Below, piece after piece: positions 52,344-61,386 of a stretch of 64,000 nt of DNA. The stretch is from the IMG/VR virus record IMGVR_UViG_2811995091_000194; one strand, given 5' to 3'. How positions within the stretch are numbered: position 1 is the first letter of the stretch; each line of letters starts with the position of its first letter. The translations under genes and the position numbers were made by a program. The notes under the pieces were generated by a model. That model was not told where the DNA came from. It was given only the letters and a program-made list of their open reading frames with translations, and searched no databases. Source of the DNA: an uncultured virus (IMG/VR IMGVR_UViG_2811995091_000194) (Duplodnaviria; Heunggongvirae; Uroviricota; Caudoviricetes).

Positions 52344-53963
52344 ATGTTTGATTATATTGAATTATTTCCACATGACAAAATTAGAAATAGTCAAGTCGAG
52401 GCAATTGATTTTATCTTAAATGCATTCATCAATGATGAAAAAAAAATTGTCATTCTTGAATCTGGAACAGGCACAGGCAAGTCTGCAATAGGTCTCACGG
52501 TTTCAAAATACTTGAACAATCACTTGCAGAGAATAGACACATATTTGCCCGGATCATATTTTGTAACAACGCAGAAGATATTGCAAGATCAATATGAGAA
52601 AGATTTTGGTAGCCACCCCGAAGGGATGAAGTCTATTAAGTCGTCATCAAACTATTCTTGTTCATATCATAAGAAAAATACATGTCAAGAATCACAGCGG
52701 CTCTTAAGAAATGAGGATAAGGATAGTAGATTTTTTAAGGCATGTACATATAATTGCACATATAAGAATAAGAAGCAAAAGTTCTTAGAGTCACAGTCAT
52801 CTGTAACAAATTTTCCATACTTTCTTACTGAAGCAGCATTTTCTAGAAAGATAACACCAAGACACGTTCTTGTGATTGATGAATGTCACAATATTGAATC
52901 TGAGCTAAGTAAGTTTGTTGAGATAACTGTCTCAGAGAGATTTGCAAAGCACGCTCTCAAAATACGCTGGCCGGAAAGAATGACACAGTTTCAGGTCGTA
53001 AAGTGGATGAGGTCTGTATATTTTCCAAAGATAAAGTCGCAACTTGACCACATGGAAAGAACGCTTAAGAAAACAGGGCTTGACAGCAGGATAAAGGAGT
53101 TTGCATCACTTTCAAAGCAATATGACATGCTAAAGTCTCATGTCGGTAAGATTGAAAAATTTCTCAAGGTATATGATAAGGATAACTGGGTGATGGATAG
53201 TATTAGTTCATATGGTCGATCAATGAGAAAGTTTGTGTTTAAAGCAATTGATGTTTCTTCCTTTGCTAATGAGTATCTATTTAGGCTGGGAGATAGAGTT
53301 TTGATGATGTCAGCAACAATACTGGATCATAAAACATTTTGTAAGTCTCTTGGCCTAAATGAAAGTGACGTATCATTTATTTCAATTCCATCTCCATTTC
53401 CCGTTGAGAATCGTCCGGTGATATCATATCCAATTGGAAGTATGAGTGCTAAAAATATTGATATGTCTCTTCCAAAAATGACACAAGCTGTTAGAGAAAT
53501 TTTAAAGGAACACAAGAATTCGAAGGGTGTAATACACTGTCATACTTTTAAAATTGCAAAATATTTGAAGAGTCATATAAGGTCTAAGCGACTTCTTATT
53601 CACACAAGTGAAAATAGAGACGAGATTCTTAGACAGCACATGAGGTCAAAAGAGCCGACAGTTCTATTATCACCTTCAATGTCTGAGGGCGTCGATCTTC
53701 ACGGTGACCTATCAAGATTTCAGATAATTATGAAAATTCCGTATCCATACCTCGGAGATCCATTGATAAAAAAAAGAATGAATAAGTGGAATGGCTGGTA
53801 TCCATTACAAACAGCAAAAAAAATAGTTCAAGCTGCCGGAAGAAGTGTAAGGTCACTTGATGATAGTGCTGTAACATATATTCTGGATGCTGATTGGGAA
53901 AGATTCTTTAGACAGAATAGAGATATGTTTCCTGAAGAATTTAAGAAAAGCATTGTGCGATAA
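52344..53963 (+). CDS. DinG/YoaA/XPD-family SF2 helicase
   Basis: GTGTGKS, Cys cluster, DECH, SAT, EGVD, KIPYP, QAAGRSVR. Confidence 0.92.
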   Translation: MFDYIELFPHDKIRNSQVEAIDFILNAFINDEKKIVILESGTGTGKSAIGLTVSKYLNNHLQRIDTYLPGSYFVTTQKILQDQYEKDFGSHPEGMKSIKSSSNYSCSYHKKNTCQESQRLLRNEDKDSRFFKACTYNCTYKNKKQKFLESQSSVTNFPYFLTEAAFSRKITPRHVLVIDECHNIESELSKFVEITVSERFAKHALKIRWPERMTQFQVVKWMRSVYFPKIKSQLDHMERTLKKTGLDSRIKEFASLSKQYDMLKSHVGKIEKFLKVYDKDNWVMDSISSYGRSMRKFVFKAIDVSSFANEYLFRLGDRVLMMSATILDHKTFCKSLGLNESDVSFISIPSPFPVENRPVISYPIGSMSAKNIDMSLPKMTQAVREILKEHKNSKGVIHCHTFKIAKYLKSHIRSKRLLIHTSENRDEILRQHMRSKEPTVLLSPSMSEGVDLHGDLSRFQIIMKIPYPYLGDPLIKKRMNKWNGWYPLQTAKKIVQAAGRSVRSLDDSAVTYILDADWERFFRQNRDMFPEEFKKSIVR

Positions 53964-53974
53964 AAGGAGATCAC

Positions 53975-55024
53975 ATGCTCATTGATAAGAAAAATTATGA
54001 AAAATTTATGACCGGACTTTGCTTTGATGATGTCTTGCTAGTTCCACAATACTCTAAAATTAGAAGCAGATCAGAGATAGATATAGGATCAACTCTCAGC
54101 GATGTAGGGCACTTAGATGTTCCTATTCTTTCAAGCCCAATGGATACAGTGACGTGTTCTAGCATGGCAGAAAAAATGAGCAACTCCGGCGGGATGGGAA
54201 TAATCCACAGATATAATACAATTGATGAACAGGCTTCCCATGTGATGACAGCTCGTAAAAATGGTGCAAAAAATGTCGGTGCAGCAACAGGAATAACGGG
54301 TGATTATATTGAAAGGGCAGGAGAGCTGCTACGAGCGGGCGCTAACGTGGTCTGTGTTGATGTAGCTCATGGTCATCACGTTATGATGAAGGATGCACTT
54401 AAAGCACTACGAGATGAGTTTGGAAGTGATGTCCACATCATGGCTGGTAATGTTGCAACAAGAGAGGGCTTTGATGATCTCGCTAGATGGGGTGCAAGCA
54501 GCGTAAGAACAAGTGTAGGGGGAGGAAGTATTTGTTCTACGAGAATTAAAACAGCTCATGGTGTTCCAACATTTCAATCCATTCTTGACATCTCTGAGTC
54601 TGAGTTTGCAGGAAGCGTTCAAATTATTGCTGATGGCGGGATCAAAAATAGCGGTGACATTGTCAAGGCTCTTGCGGCAGGGGCAGATTTTGTAATGCTA
54701 GGATCACTATTGTCAGGAACGCTAGAGTCACCAGGCGAGATTATCTATAAAGGCGATAAGACGTATAAGGTATATCGTGGCATGGCATCAGTCGAGGCTC
54801 AAATTGACTGGAGGGGCCATGCCTCATCACTTGAGGGCGTGTCAACTATTGTTCAAGTAAAGGGCTCTGTAAGTAATGTACTGAGTGAGCTATGTGCCGG
54901 GATTAGATCTGGCCTATCATACTCTGGTGCATTAAATATAGATGATCTTCATTCTAAGGCAAGATTCATCTGTCAAACGTCATCAGGAGCAATTGAAAGC
55001 TCAGCACACATAAAACTATTATAG
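53975..55024 (+). CDS. IMP dehydrogenase / GMP reductase family, without CBS domains
   Basis: [40 protein letters not shown]. Confidence 0.92.
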   Translation: MLIDKKNYEKFMTGLCFDDVLLVPQYSKIRSRSEIDIGSTLSDVGHLDVPILSSPMDTVTCSSMAEKMSNSGGMGIIHRYNTIDEQASHVMTARKNGAKNVGAATGITGDYIERAGELLRAGANVVCVDVAHGHHVMMKDALKALRDEFGSDVHIMAGNVATREGFDDLARWGASSVRTSVGGGSICSTRIKTAHGVPTFQSILDISESEFAGSVQIIADGGIKNSGDIVKALAAGADFVMLGSLLSGTLESPGEIIYKGDKTYKVYRGMASVEAQIDWRGHASSLEGVSTIVQVKGSVSNVLSELCAGIRSGLSYSGALNIDDLHSKARFICQTSSGAIESSAHIKLL

Positions 55025-55064
55025 CATGCAATCTTTTTGTATGTTATGTATAATAAGGTGAAAT

Positions 55065-55316
55065 ATGAAAAAACAACTTCTAACACAGTTTTCAAATAAC
55101 TATCTCTTTGGTGATCGGGTCCAGTGTGTCAAGTCTGGTAAGCTAGGAACGATTATGGAGGTCTGGCCACTCAAGAGTATCCAGGTTGTCTGGGACGACT
55201 GGGTCAGGGTAAGACTTCCTGTGTCAGATGATCTCAATCCAGGATATGTTCCTGGGATTCGCAAGGTGATCGGTGAGTCATTCATTCCTGATGGTCTTGA
55301 TAGTGATGGGGCGTAG
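55065..55316 (+). CDS. Small SH3/KOW-like hypothetical protein
   Basis: FGDRV...GTI...V.WDD; promoter ATGCAA-N17-TATAAT at 55026-55054. Confidence 0.55.
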   Translation: MKKQLLTQFSNNYLFGDRVQCVKSGKLGTIMEVWPLKSIQVVWDDWVRVRLPVSDDLNPGYVPGIRKVIGESFIPDGLDSDGA

Positions 55317-55382
55317 TTCAACTGGCAGAGCACCGGATTGTTACCTCGGCTGTTGGAGGTTCGAATCCTCCCGCCCCAGCCA
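55307..55382 (+). tRNA. tRNA-Asn(GUU)
   Basis: Acceptor TGGGGCG/CGCCCCA; G discriminator; CCA; loop TTGTTAC; A-C mismatch at the loop-closing pair. Confidence 0.85.
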
Positions 55383-55389
55383 TTCTTTC

Positions 55390-55418
55390 GTGTAAATCAT
55401 AGCAGCCAATGATATAAT
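55390..55418 (+). promoter_or_regulatory. Promoter GTGTAA-N17-TATAAT for the tRNA cluster
   Basis: Consensus -10, 17-nt spacer. Confidence 0.75.
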
Positions 55419-55436
55419 GACATAACAAAACTTTGA

Positions 55437-55519
55437 GGGCACATATCCCAGCGGTCTTATATACCGTCCAGTATAATTCGGGTAATTGGTGGATGTAGGT
55501 TCGAGTCCTACTGTGCCTA
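55437..55519 (+). tRNA. Atypical D-armless tRNA-Ile(UAU)-like RNA
   Basis: Acceptor GGGCACA/TGTGCCT+A; anticodon arm GCGGT-CTTATAT-ACCGT; T arm GTAGG-TTCGAGT-CCTAC; only 7 nt in place of the D arm; 27-nt variable region. Confidence 0.75.
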
Positions 55520-55543
55520 CTTTTTTTCGTTCTTTTACTTTTT

Positions 55544-55620
55544 GCCTCCGTAGCTCAGTTGATCAGAGCGCCACTCTTGTAAAGTGGATGTCGTCAGTTT
55601 AAATCTGACCGGAGGCTCCA
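55544..55620 (+). tRNA. tRNA-Thr(UGU)
   Basis: GCCTCCG/CGGAGGC; CCACT-CTTGTAA-AGTGG; CCA; unusual T loop TTTAAAT. Confidence 0.9.
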
Positions 55621-55628
55621 TTTCTTTA

Positions 55629-55701
55629 GGGCACTTAATTCAGTGGTTAGAATCTCCGTCTCATACGCGGCCAGTCCTCAGTTCGAATCTGAGAGTGCCC
55701 A
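55629..55701 (+). tRNA. tRNA with CAU anticodon, probably Ile2 (lysidine type); elongator Met not excluded
   Basis: GGGCACT/AGTGCCC+A; loop CTCATAC; C4-G69, U12-A23 and C29-G41 Ile identity elements; no initiator features. Confidence 0.8.
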
Positions 55702-55709
55702 CCCACTAG

Positions 55710-55800
55710 GGAAGGCATCCGGCTGGATGAGGAGCATGTCTTGAAAACATGTGGAGAGCTTAAATTTCTCTTGGGGGTTCGAGTCCCTCGCCTTCCGCCA
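55710..55800 (+). tRNA. tRNA-Ser(UGA)
   Basis: GGAAGGC/GCCTTCC; G discriminator; CCA; CATGT-CTTGAAA-ACATG; long variable arm. Confidence 0.9.
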
Positions 55801-55823
55801 TATTTATTTTGCAAGGACACACC

Positions 55824-56312
55824 ATGAATATTGGAATTGATTTTCACGATACCCTTTCATATGCACCTGATTTTTTTATTGAACTAATAAGCCTGTGGAA
55901 AGGTAAAGTTTATATAGTTACAGGAACTCCTGCATCTAGAAAAAATGAGATAGTTGAAAGCATAGACAGACTAGGAATAACGTCAGAGATGTATGATGAT
56001 ATCTTGTGCGGATTTGAATATGAAAAATCTGATATGACTCTCGACCATTTCAATAGAATGGCTGATCATAAGCTTGGACAGATACGTTCACATGATATAT
56101 CTGTTTATTATGATGACAATCCGTTCTACGTGAGAAAGATGAAAGATAGCGGAGTTATAACATTTCAAACAATAATAGATGAAAAGTATCTCAATGAGTT
56201 TGAAGAGAAGGATCCGTTTTTTACATGTAACCTGCAAAAGTTGCAATTTGACTATCTTACGGATCTTACTGACAAAACAATGTTAAAAGCTAATCCTGGA
56301 GAGTGTGAGTGA
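55824..56312 (+). CDS. HAD-superfamily phosphatase-like protein
   Basis: IGIDFHDTL, IVTG, K, YYDDNP. Confidence 0.65.
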   Translation: MNIGIDFHDTLSYAPDFFIELISLWKGKVYIVTGTPASRKNEIVESIDRLGITSEMYDDILCGFEYEKSDMTLDHFNRMADHKLGQIRSHDISVYYDDNPFYVRKMKDSGVITFQTIIDEKYLNEFEEKDPFFTCNLQKLQFDYLTDLTDKTMLKANPGECE

Positions 56313-56827
56313 GCACCAGAGACCGTACAAGAAGGGAAAGATATGATCAAAAGAAGATGTCAGCAAAAACATATCCTGTTAGTATTTGCTGCATTAACTT
56401 CATGCATGATGGAAACCTGGGGTATTTAATTAGAGCAGCTGCATGCTTTGGTGCAGAATGTGTGCATGTGATAGGTACAGTTCCCGACAGAAGAGACATC
56501 AATTCATTGTCTGGAAGTCTATATGACTACGTTAAAATTATCAGACATTCTTCACCAATTGAGTTTATTAACTATGCAAAAGATGAAAAAATTAGAATTG
56601 TATCTGCTGAAATTTGTCAGGATTCAAAACCCATTTCTTCTTATGTTGTCAATAGTTCTGAGCGCGTGTGTCTAGTTGTGGGTCATGAAGAGATAGGTGT
56701 CCCTTCAGAGATACTTAGAAATAGTGATATAGTTCACATTCCAATGCCCGGTGTTGGGTATTGCCTAAACACGTCACAGGTTGCAAATATACTATTGTAT
56801 GAATCAATTAAACAGATTGGATTTTAA
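56309..56827 (+). CDS. SpoU/TrmH-family RNA 2'-O-methyltransferase
   Basis: GNLGYLIRAA, VVGHEEIGV, IPM.G...CLN.S. Confidence 0.88.
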   Translation: MSTRDRTRRERYDQKKMSAKTYPVSICCINFMHDGNLGYLIRAAACFGAECVHVIGTVPDRRDINSLSGSLYDYVKIIRHSSPIEFINYAKDEKIRIVSAEICQDSKPISSYVVNSSERVCLVVGHEEIGVPSEILRNSDIVHIPMPGVGYCLNTSQVANILLYESIKQIGF

Positions 56828-56830
56828 GTA

Positions 56831-57061
56831 GTGGGAAAGAACAATGAGCCTATATCAAAAGTTTTTAAGGCTTTTGAAAAAGAGATAGTTGATCTTTTAG
56901 AGTGTGAGTATGATGCAAGGATATGCCATAGTGGATTTGGCGCGTTACTTGAGGTTGTCATAGATCCATCTGACGCAAGGGATGCAAGACGTGCACTTCC
57001 GTTGCTATACAAGGGATATCAGGTTGTTGTGATAAGAGATGTTGTAAATCTAAATAAGTGA
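56831..57061 (+). CDS. Hypothetical protein
   Basis: GTG-start ORF in operon. Confidence 0.45.
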   Translation: MGKNNEPISKVFKAFEKEIVDLLECEYDARICHSGFGALLEVVIDPSDARDARRALPLLYKGYQVVVIRDVVNLNK

Positions 57062-57069
57062 TGATATAG

Positions 57070-57180
57070 TAAGCGGATAGAGATTAGCACCTTATATAAC
57101 GTCTTAGATGTCCAGCGGAGATGTTTTTTAAAATAAGATCAGGTGAACAGCCGGGTGGCATCTCCCGAGCTTAGTAACCA
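57070..57180 (+). ncRNA. Candidate structured small RNA
   Basis: Follows promoter TTGTAA-N17-TATAGT (57042-57070); potential stems TAAGC/GCTTA, GGATA/TGTCC and GGAGATG/CATCTCC. Confidence 0.3.
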
Positions 57181-57204
57181 TATTAATTTTTTCAGGATGA
57201 TGAA

Positions 57205-57603
57205 GTGATCCAAAAGATTCTTATTGATATCACATATCTTGATATGGGCATTGTCCCACCACCATCGACGCATGAAGATCGTAATTCTTATAGCAAGGGA
57301 TTGTCATCATTAGCGGCTATTGATCAGCGAAAGGCTCGTAGAAAATTTCGCAAGATTTATAAAAAAGCAAGAATAAAGCGAGAAAGAATAGCCTTAAAGA
57401 AAGGTACACGGTCCTGGTACAACAATAAGAGAAGTGTAGTAGTTCCCAATAAAAAACAGCGAGACTCTATTGTTAATGATGAGATTCTCTACTTACACAG
57501 GCAATTTGGTGAGCCAGGCTGCCCTCCGACACCAAACCAAAAAAATGCACGTCGATCACTTGTTTATGAACATATTTTAAACAGCATGGCAGATAATGAA
57601 TAG
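57205..57603 (+). CDS. Basic hypothetical protein
   Basis: Arg/Lys-rich, 132 aa. Confidence 0.55.
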   Translation: MIQKILIDITYLDMGIVPPPSTHEDRNSYSKGLSSLAAIDQRKARRKFRKIYKKARIKRERIALKKGTRSWYNNKRSVVVPNKKQRDSIVNDEILYLHRQFGEPGCPPTPNQKNARRSLVYEHILNSMADNE

Positions 57604-57844
57604 AAAATATAAAAACGGTGATCTTGTATCAGTTTTAATAAATCCCGAAAGATTTGACAAAAATACAATGACGTATGACAAAAAAGAAACAGGCATCATT
57701 GTAGGTTCACATGAAATATCTGTATATGACTGTATGTCAAATGGAAGAAGTAGAACATCGTTTAGCTATGCAGTTATGGTTAACAGTGATATTAAAAGTT
57801 TTTTTGAGGAAGAAATAGACATAATGCAATTATCTGTTGAATGA
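57596..57844 (+). CDS. Small SH3/KOW-like hypothetical protein
   Basis: YKNGDLV...GIIV...Y.VM. Confidence 0.55.
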   Translation: MNRKYKNGDLVSVLINPERFDKNTMTYDKKETGIIVGSHEISVYDCMSNGRSRTSFSYAVMVNSDIKSFFEEEIDIMQLSVE

Positions 57845-57885
57845 ATTGCTATCATTATGCTTATAATAAATATGAGGAATAGAAT

Positions 57886-58116
57886 ATGATTAAGTTTTTA
57901 CTATTACAAGTATTTTTTACGGGCGCCTTGGCTCATGCACATCAACCGGAAAATCATCACAGACAGCATGCATCACATAATGCTTCACATAATAAAGTTA
58001 ATAATTTTTATACGTGGAGATGGATCCCGAGGCACAAGTCTAGAGGCGTAATTGTTAGAGGTCACTGGGTATTAGTTCAGCCTGCGCACCACAGAAATTG
58101 TAATTATCATCATTGA
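57886..58116 (+). CDS. Secreted His-rich small protein
   Basis: Signal peptide; W.WIP.H...VRGHW (YxWGxW-repeat-like). Confidence 0.55.
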   Translation: MIKFLLLQVFFTGALAHAHQPENHHRQHASHNASHNKVNNFYTWRWIPRHKSRGVIVRGHWVLVQPAHHRNCNYHH

Positions 58117-58167
58117 GTTTGCCTAACAGGTATACAAAATCGTTGATAGCAATATAGTTACAAACAG

Positions 58168-58365
58168 ATGATAAAAGTCGGAGACAGAGTCGCGCCGTTT
58201 CATAACATGACACAAAAAGGTATTGTGACAGATATGTTTCATCAAAAAAGTTCACAGTGGATGATTGGCGGTGCGATGGAGCCTCTATTTATAATTCGTG
58301 TTAAGCTTGATGAAAATGGTGAAGTGGTTGAGTTTAGAGCAGATGATCTCATGAGACTTGATTGA
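58168..58365 (+). CDS. Small SH3/KOW-like hypothetical protein
   Basis: IKVGDRV...GIV. Confidence 0.6.
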   Translation: MIKVGDRVAPFHNMTQKGIVTDMFHQKSSQWMIGGAMEPLFIIRVKLDENGEVVEFRADDLMRLD

Positions 58366-58634
58366 TGGGGACAAAACAGATAAACTCACTAGTACCAGAT
58401 CTTATTAGTGAGAATATTCTTCATTTTGAAAAACGTGAAAACGGCCTATATAAAAAAATTGAAAAGATAATTGTCAAAGACAGACGAACAGGAAAAAGAA
58501 CTGTGAAAGATGAGATAGAGTCAGATGAGTATTATAAACTTGTCAGCTGTGATGACTATGACTATGAAATAATAATTCAGGATCATGAAGGTAATGATCT
58601 TTCAACAAGGTTTAAATCTGTTGAAATACAATGA
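58362..58634 (+). CDS. Hypothetical protein
   Basis: ORF in operon. Confidence 0.5.
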   Translation: MMGTKQINSLVPDLISENILHFEKRENGLYKKIEKIIVKDRRTGKRTVKDEIESDEYYKLVSCDDYDYEIIIQDHEGNDLSTRFKSVEIQ

Positions 58635-58924
58635 AGCAGTGGTTCATGTATGTCGTGGAGTGCTCTGATGCTACATTATACACTGGAATTACAACAGATA
58701 TCTCTCGAAGAATAAGAGAGCACAATAGGTCAAAGCGAGGGGCAAAGTATACGAGATCTAGAAGACCTGTTATGCTAGTTTTATGGGCTAGATTTGAGTC
58801 ACGATCCATTGCTGCGCGGGCAGAATGTAAGTTTAAAAAACTAAGTCGATCTCAAAAGCTTAAAAAAATAATGCTGGCAGACAGGAATTGTGAAGTACAA
58901 TATAAAAAAACTTGTAAGACATGA
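58631..58924 (+). CDS. GIY-YIG nuclease (UPF0213/YhbQ-like)
   Basis: WFMYVVECSD..LYTGITTD..RR..EHN...GAKYTR.RRPV. Confidence 0.9.
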   Translation: MKQWFMYVVECSDATLYTGITTDISRRIREHNRSKRGAKYTRSRRPVMLVLWARFESRSIAARAECKFKKLSRSQKLKKIMLADRNCEVQYKKTCKT

Positions 58925-59297
58925 AGACGTCGATAAAGGCGGAATTCTTAAAAGTAATATTTTTTTTATGTGGGTATATAACGAAATTATCAAACATGCA
59001 GAGTCAATATCTGGATCAAAATGTCTAATAAGGTATATTTCAAAAGTTGACATTGTTAATCCCGCAAAAAAGGATGACATTCTTGAGGTTAAAATAACGT
59101 CAAAAAGCATTGGAAAATCATCGTTATCATTTGAGGCAAGCGTCATAAGTGCTAAAGATGATAGCACGTTCTTAACGATTAAAAATATTATAGCTGTTTC
59201 AGTTGATAGTGACCTTAAATCAAAAAAACACGAAATTGAATCAGCTGAAAATAGCTTTATTCCATACACTTGGGTAAAATACGATACAGAAAAATAG
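58890..59297 (+). CDS. Hotdog-fold thioesterase-like protein
   Basis: LV...D....G.L...P...D.L......IGKSSL...V.VD pattern. Confidence 0.55.
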   Translation: MKYNIKKLVRHEDVDKGGILKSNIFFMWVYNEIIKHAESISGSKCLIRYISKVDIVNPAKKDDILEVKITSKSIGKSSLSFEASVISAKDDSTFLTIKNIIAVSVDSDLKSKKHEIESAENSFIPYTWVKYDTEK

Positions 59298-59485
59298 TGC
59301 TATTGTTTTTATCTATATCGTCTGTGGTGGTGCTAATTTTCTTAATTGATTTATTTGTTGTAATACCTCGTCAGGAAAAAAGAGATATTGATGAGTTTGT
59401 ACGTAGAGTTGATCAGGCAATAAAAGTAAAAAGTCTATACCCAGATAAGATTCACCCAAGCAACAAAACAAAATATAAAGAATAA
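59270..59485 (+). CDS. Small membrane protein
   Basis: Single TM helix. Confidence 0.45.
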   Translation: MGKIRYRKIVLLFLSISSVVVLIFLIDLFVVIPRQEKRDIDEFVRRVDQAIKVKSLYPDKIHPSNKTKYKE

Positions 59486-59520
59486 GCTTACCATGTTATA
59501 CTGTTTAAGGAGAAAGCAAT

Positions 59521-59739
59521 ATGACAAAAAATGAAATCTGTGAATATTTTCCGGAACAAGATGAGATTGATAGCACTGTATCATTTATGCTAAACTGTTC
59601 TAATAATGACTTAGAAATAGCATGGACAAAAGTGGCATGTGAATGGAACGTTTCGTCTGTGGTGTCTGTTCATAGAGAGCTTTGTAAGTCAGGCAGAATA
59701 AATTTACTAATTAGTATAATAGAAGATAAGCACGAATAA
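59521..59739 (+). CDS. Hypothetical protein
   Basis: AAGGAG RBS. Confidence 0.55.
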   Translation: MTKNEICEYFPEQDEIDSTVSFMLNCSNNDLEIAWTKVACEWNVSSVVSVHRELCKSGRINLLISIIEDKHE

Positions 59740-59792
59740 AAGAACAATATAATGAGAGACTGTCTATTAATTTTATCTATGTTTTTTATATC

Positions 59793-60023
59793 ATGACGAT
59801 GAAAGGTAAGCATGAAAATGATATCATGTGGTGGAAGCATCGCGTCATTTTGCTTGAAAGGAGGCTGGAGGACCTAGAGGCTGAGAATTTTGAACTGAAA
59901 AAAACAATTAGTGAAAGCATAGAGAATCTAAAAAAGCACAACACAGACATGAAGATTGCCGTAGAATTATCAGAAAATATATTAAGGCCTGAGTTTAAAA
60001 AGCCAAAATGGAAAAAGGTTTAA
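59793..60023 (+). CDS. Hypothetical coiled-coil protein
   Basis: Heptad pattern. Confidence 0.5.
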   Translation: MTMKGKHENDIMWWKHRVILLERRLEDLEAENFELKKTISESIENLKKHNTDMKIAVELSENILRPEFKKPKWKKV

Positions 60024-60063
60024 TCTTTATTCAGAATTTTTAAATAGTTATGATTTAAGGATT

Positions 60064-60819
60064 ATGTGTATGATAAAAAAAGCTATTTCTTTTCTTTTTA
60101 TATTTTTTACTCTACAAGGTGTATGCTATGGAAGTGATGATCTAAGATCTATTTTGTTACTTGATTATGCTGGAAGCACATCAAGCTTAACAGCAGTTGA
60201 AAATAAAGTTCGAAATGCAGCAGTAAAGGTTCAAATGCAGTCAGGCGCGCATGGATCTGGAACATATGTAACAATTCATGGCTTTCATGTAATAATGACA
60301 GCTGCACACGTCGTCAGCGATGGAGCGAGACAGTATCTTGTAATAGGTGAAAATGAAAGAGTGATAGGGCACCTTATATACAAAGATGATGATATAGACG
60401 TCGCAGCTCTATTAATATCTTCCATGAAAAGTAGAGTGTCGATGAAATATAGCCCGACTAGAGATGCAGCAGCTATTGGAACTCAAATAGTATACTCAGG
60501 CTTTCCATCATCTCATAGTCTTTTAACAATAAGAGGAATGATATCTGGGTATGAGGAAGATAAATCAGGCAATGAGATAATAATTCTTCATTCATACGGA
60601 TGGTTCGGCTGCTCAGGATCAGGTGTATATGATGCTAATGGAAACTTTGTTGGTGTTCTTTGGGGAATAGATGTTCAAAGAAGGCAGGGAACACACATAA
60701 TTGAGGATATTATTTGGGTTACACCCTCTAGTAGCATAAACGAAGATGAAATTCTTAGAGGGATTTGCAGAAGTATATTGACATCATCAAGAGTTTGTCA
60801 AGACTTAGTTGCTGACTAA
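60064..60819 (+). CDS. Secreted trypsin-like serine protease
   Basis: Signal peptide, GSG, MTAAHV, DVA, GCSGSG. Confidence 0.88.
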   Translation: MCMIKKAISFLFIFFTLQGVCYGSDDLRSILLLDYAGSTSSLTAVENKVRNAAVKVQMQSGAHGSGTYVTIHGFHVIMTAAHVVSDGARQYLVIGENERVIGHLIYKDDDIDVAALLISSMKSRVSMKYSPTRDAAAIGTQIVYSGFPSSHSLLTIRGMISGYEEDKSGNEIIILHSYGWFGCSGSGVYDANGNFVGVLWGIDVQRRQGTHIIEDIIWVTPSSSINEDEILRGICRSILTSSRVCQDLVAD

Positions 60820-61386
60820 TTCTTGAATTTTTTGATCCAGATGAGGTTTACTATACCCTGTCATTTCATCAACTAGTTTCATTTCACTGTTTATAAAATA
60901 GAATGTGGGCCAGCTAGATAGATTCCATCCATTCACTGAAGAATAGTCAATCATATCTCTACTTTCTGCAAGAACCCTAGGGTCGACTATTCCGTAAGAA
61001 TCAGCCCAATACTTGCAGTCTTCTGGTTTGGGTTCTGCACCAGCTGCTGTCTCTATTAAAACAGTAACATATGCCAGATTATTTGTGCTATATTCATCAT
61101 GAGTCGCTTGCACGTCTGCTGCAGCTACCTGACAGGGTGGACACCACATAGCACTAAGGTCAAGAACAATGGGCTGACCGTAGAAGCTATAAAGCGATAC
61201 TTCTTTTCCGTCTTGATCGAGAAGTGTAAAGTCACAAGGATGATTACCAATAGACTGAGAGCATGTGTCCCATGGATATGTCATATCAGACGTGTCATCA
61301 TAGGTGGCAATAGCAGGCACGCATGATGAGCAAGCAATTGATAGAGCAGCTAGACACCCAATTATAGTTATTTTTATATGTTTCAT
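60805..61386 (-). CDS. TlpA/thioredoxin-like lipoprotein
   Basis: Lipobox-like SIAC; DFTL.DQ.G; WCPPC; WPT. Confidence 0.82.
   Translation of the reverse strand: MKHIKITIIGCLAALSIACSSCVPAIATYDDTSDMTYPWDTCSQSIGNHPCDFTLLDQDGKEVSLYSFYGQPIVLDLSAMWCPPCQVAAADVQATHDEYSTNNLAYVTVLIETAAGAEPKPEDCKYWADSYGIVDPRVLAESRDMIDYSSVNGWNLSSWPTFYFINSEMKLVDEMTGYSKPHLDQKIQELVSN

Noticed and set aside
53975..55024. 7-deazaguanine or 2-aminoadenine DNA modification
   Set aside because: No folE/queCDE, dpdA or purZ homologues recognised; the IMPDH/GMPR gene alone is ordinary purine metabolism
55710..55800. Selenocysteine or opal-suppressor tRNA
   Set aside because: Anticodon is UGA (reads UCA, Ser), not UCA; canonical 7/5 stems
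55100..55847. Minus-strand ORFs 55100-55333 and 55647-55847
   Set aside because: They overlap clear + strand tRNA genes
58168..58365. GroES, from the IKVGDRV motif
   Set aside because: Lacks the PL.DRV and mobile-loop GGI motifs; too short and far from groEL
58631..58924. Mobile homing endonuclease
   Set aside because: Short stand-alone UPF0213-type GIY-YIG without a DNA-binding tail, and not inside an intron
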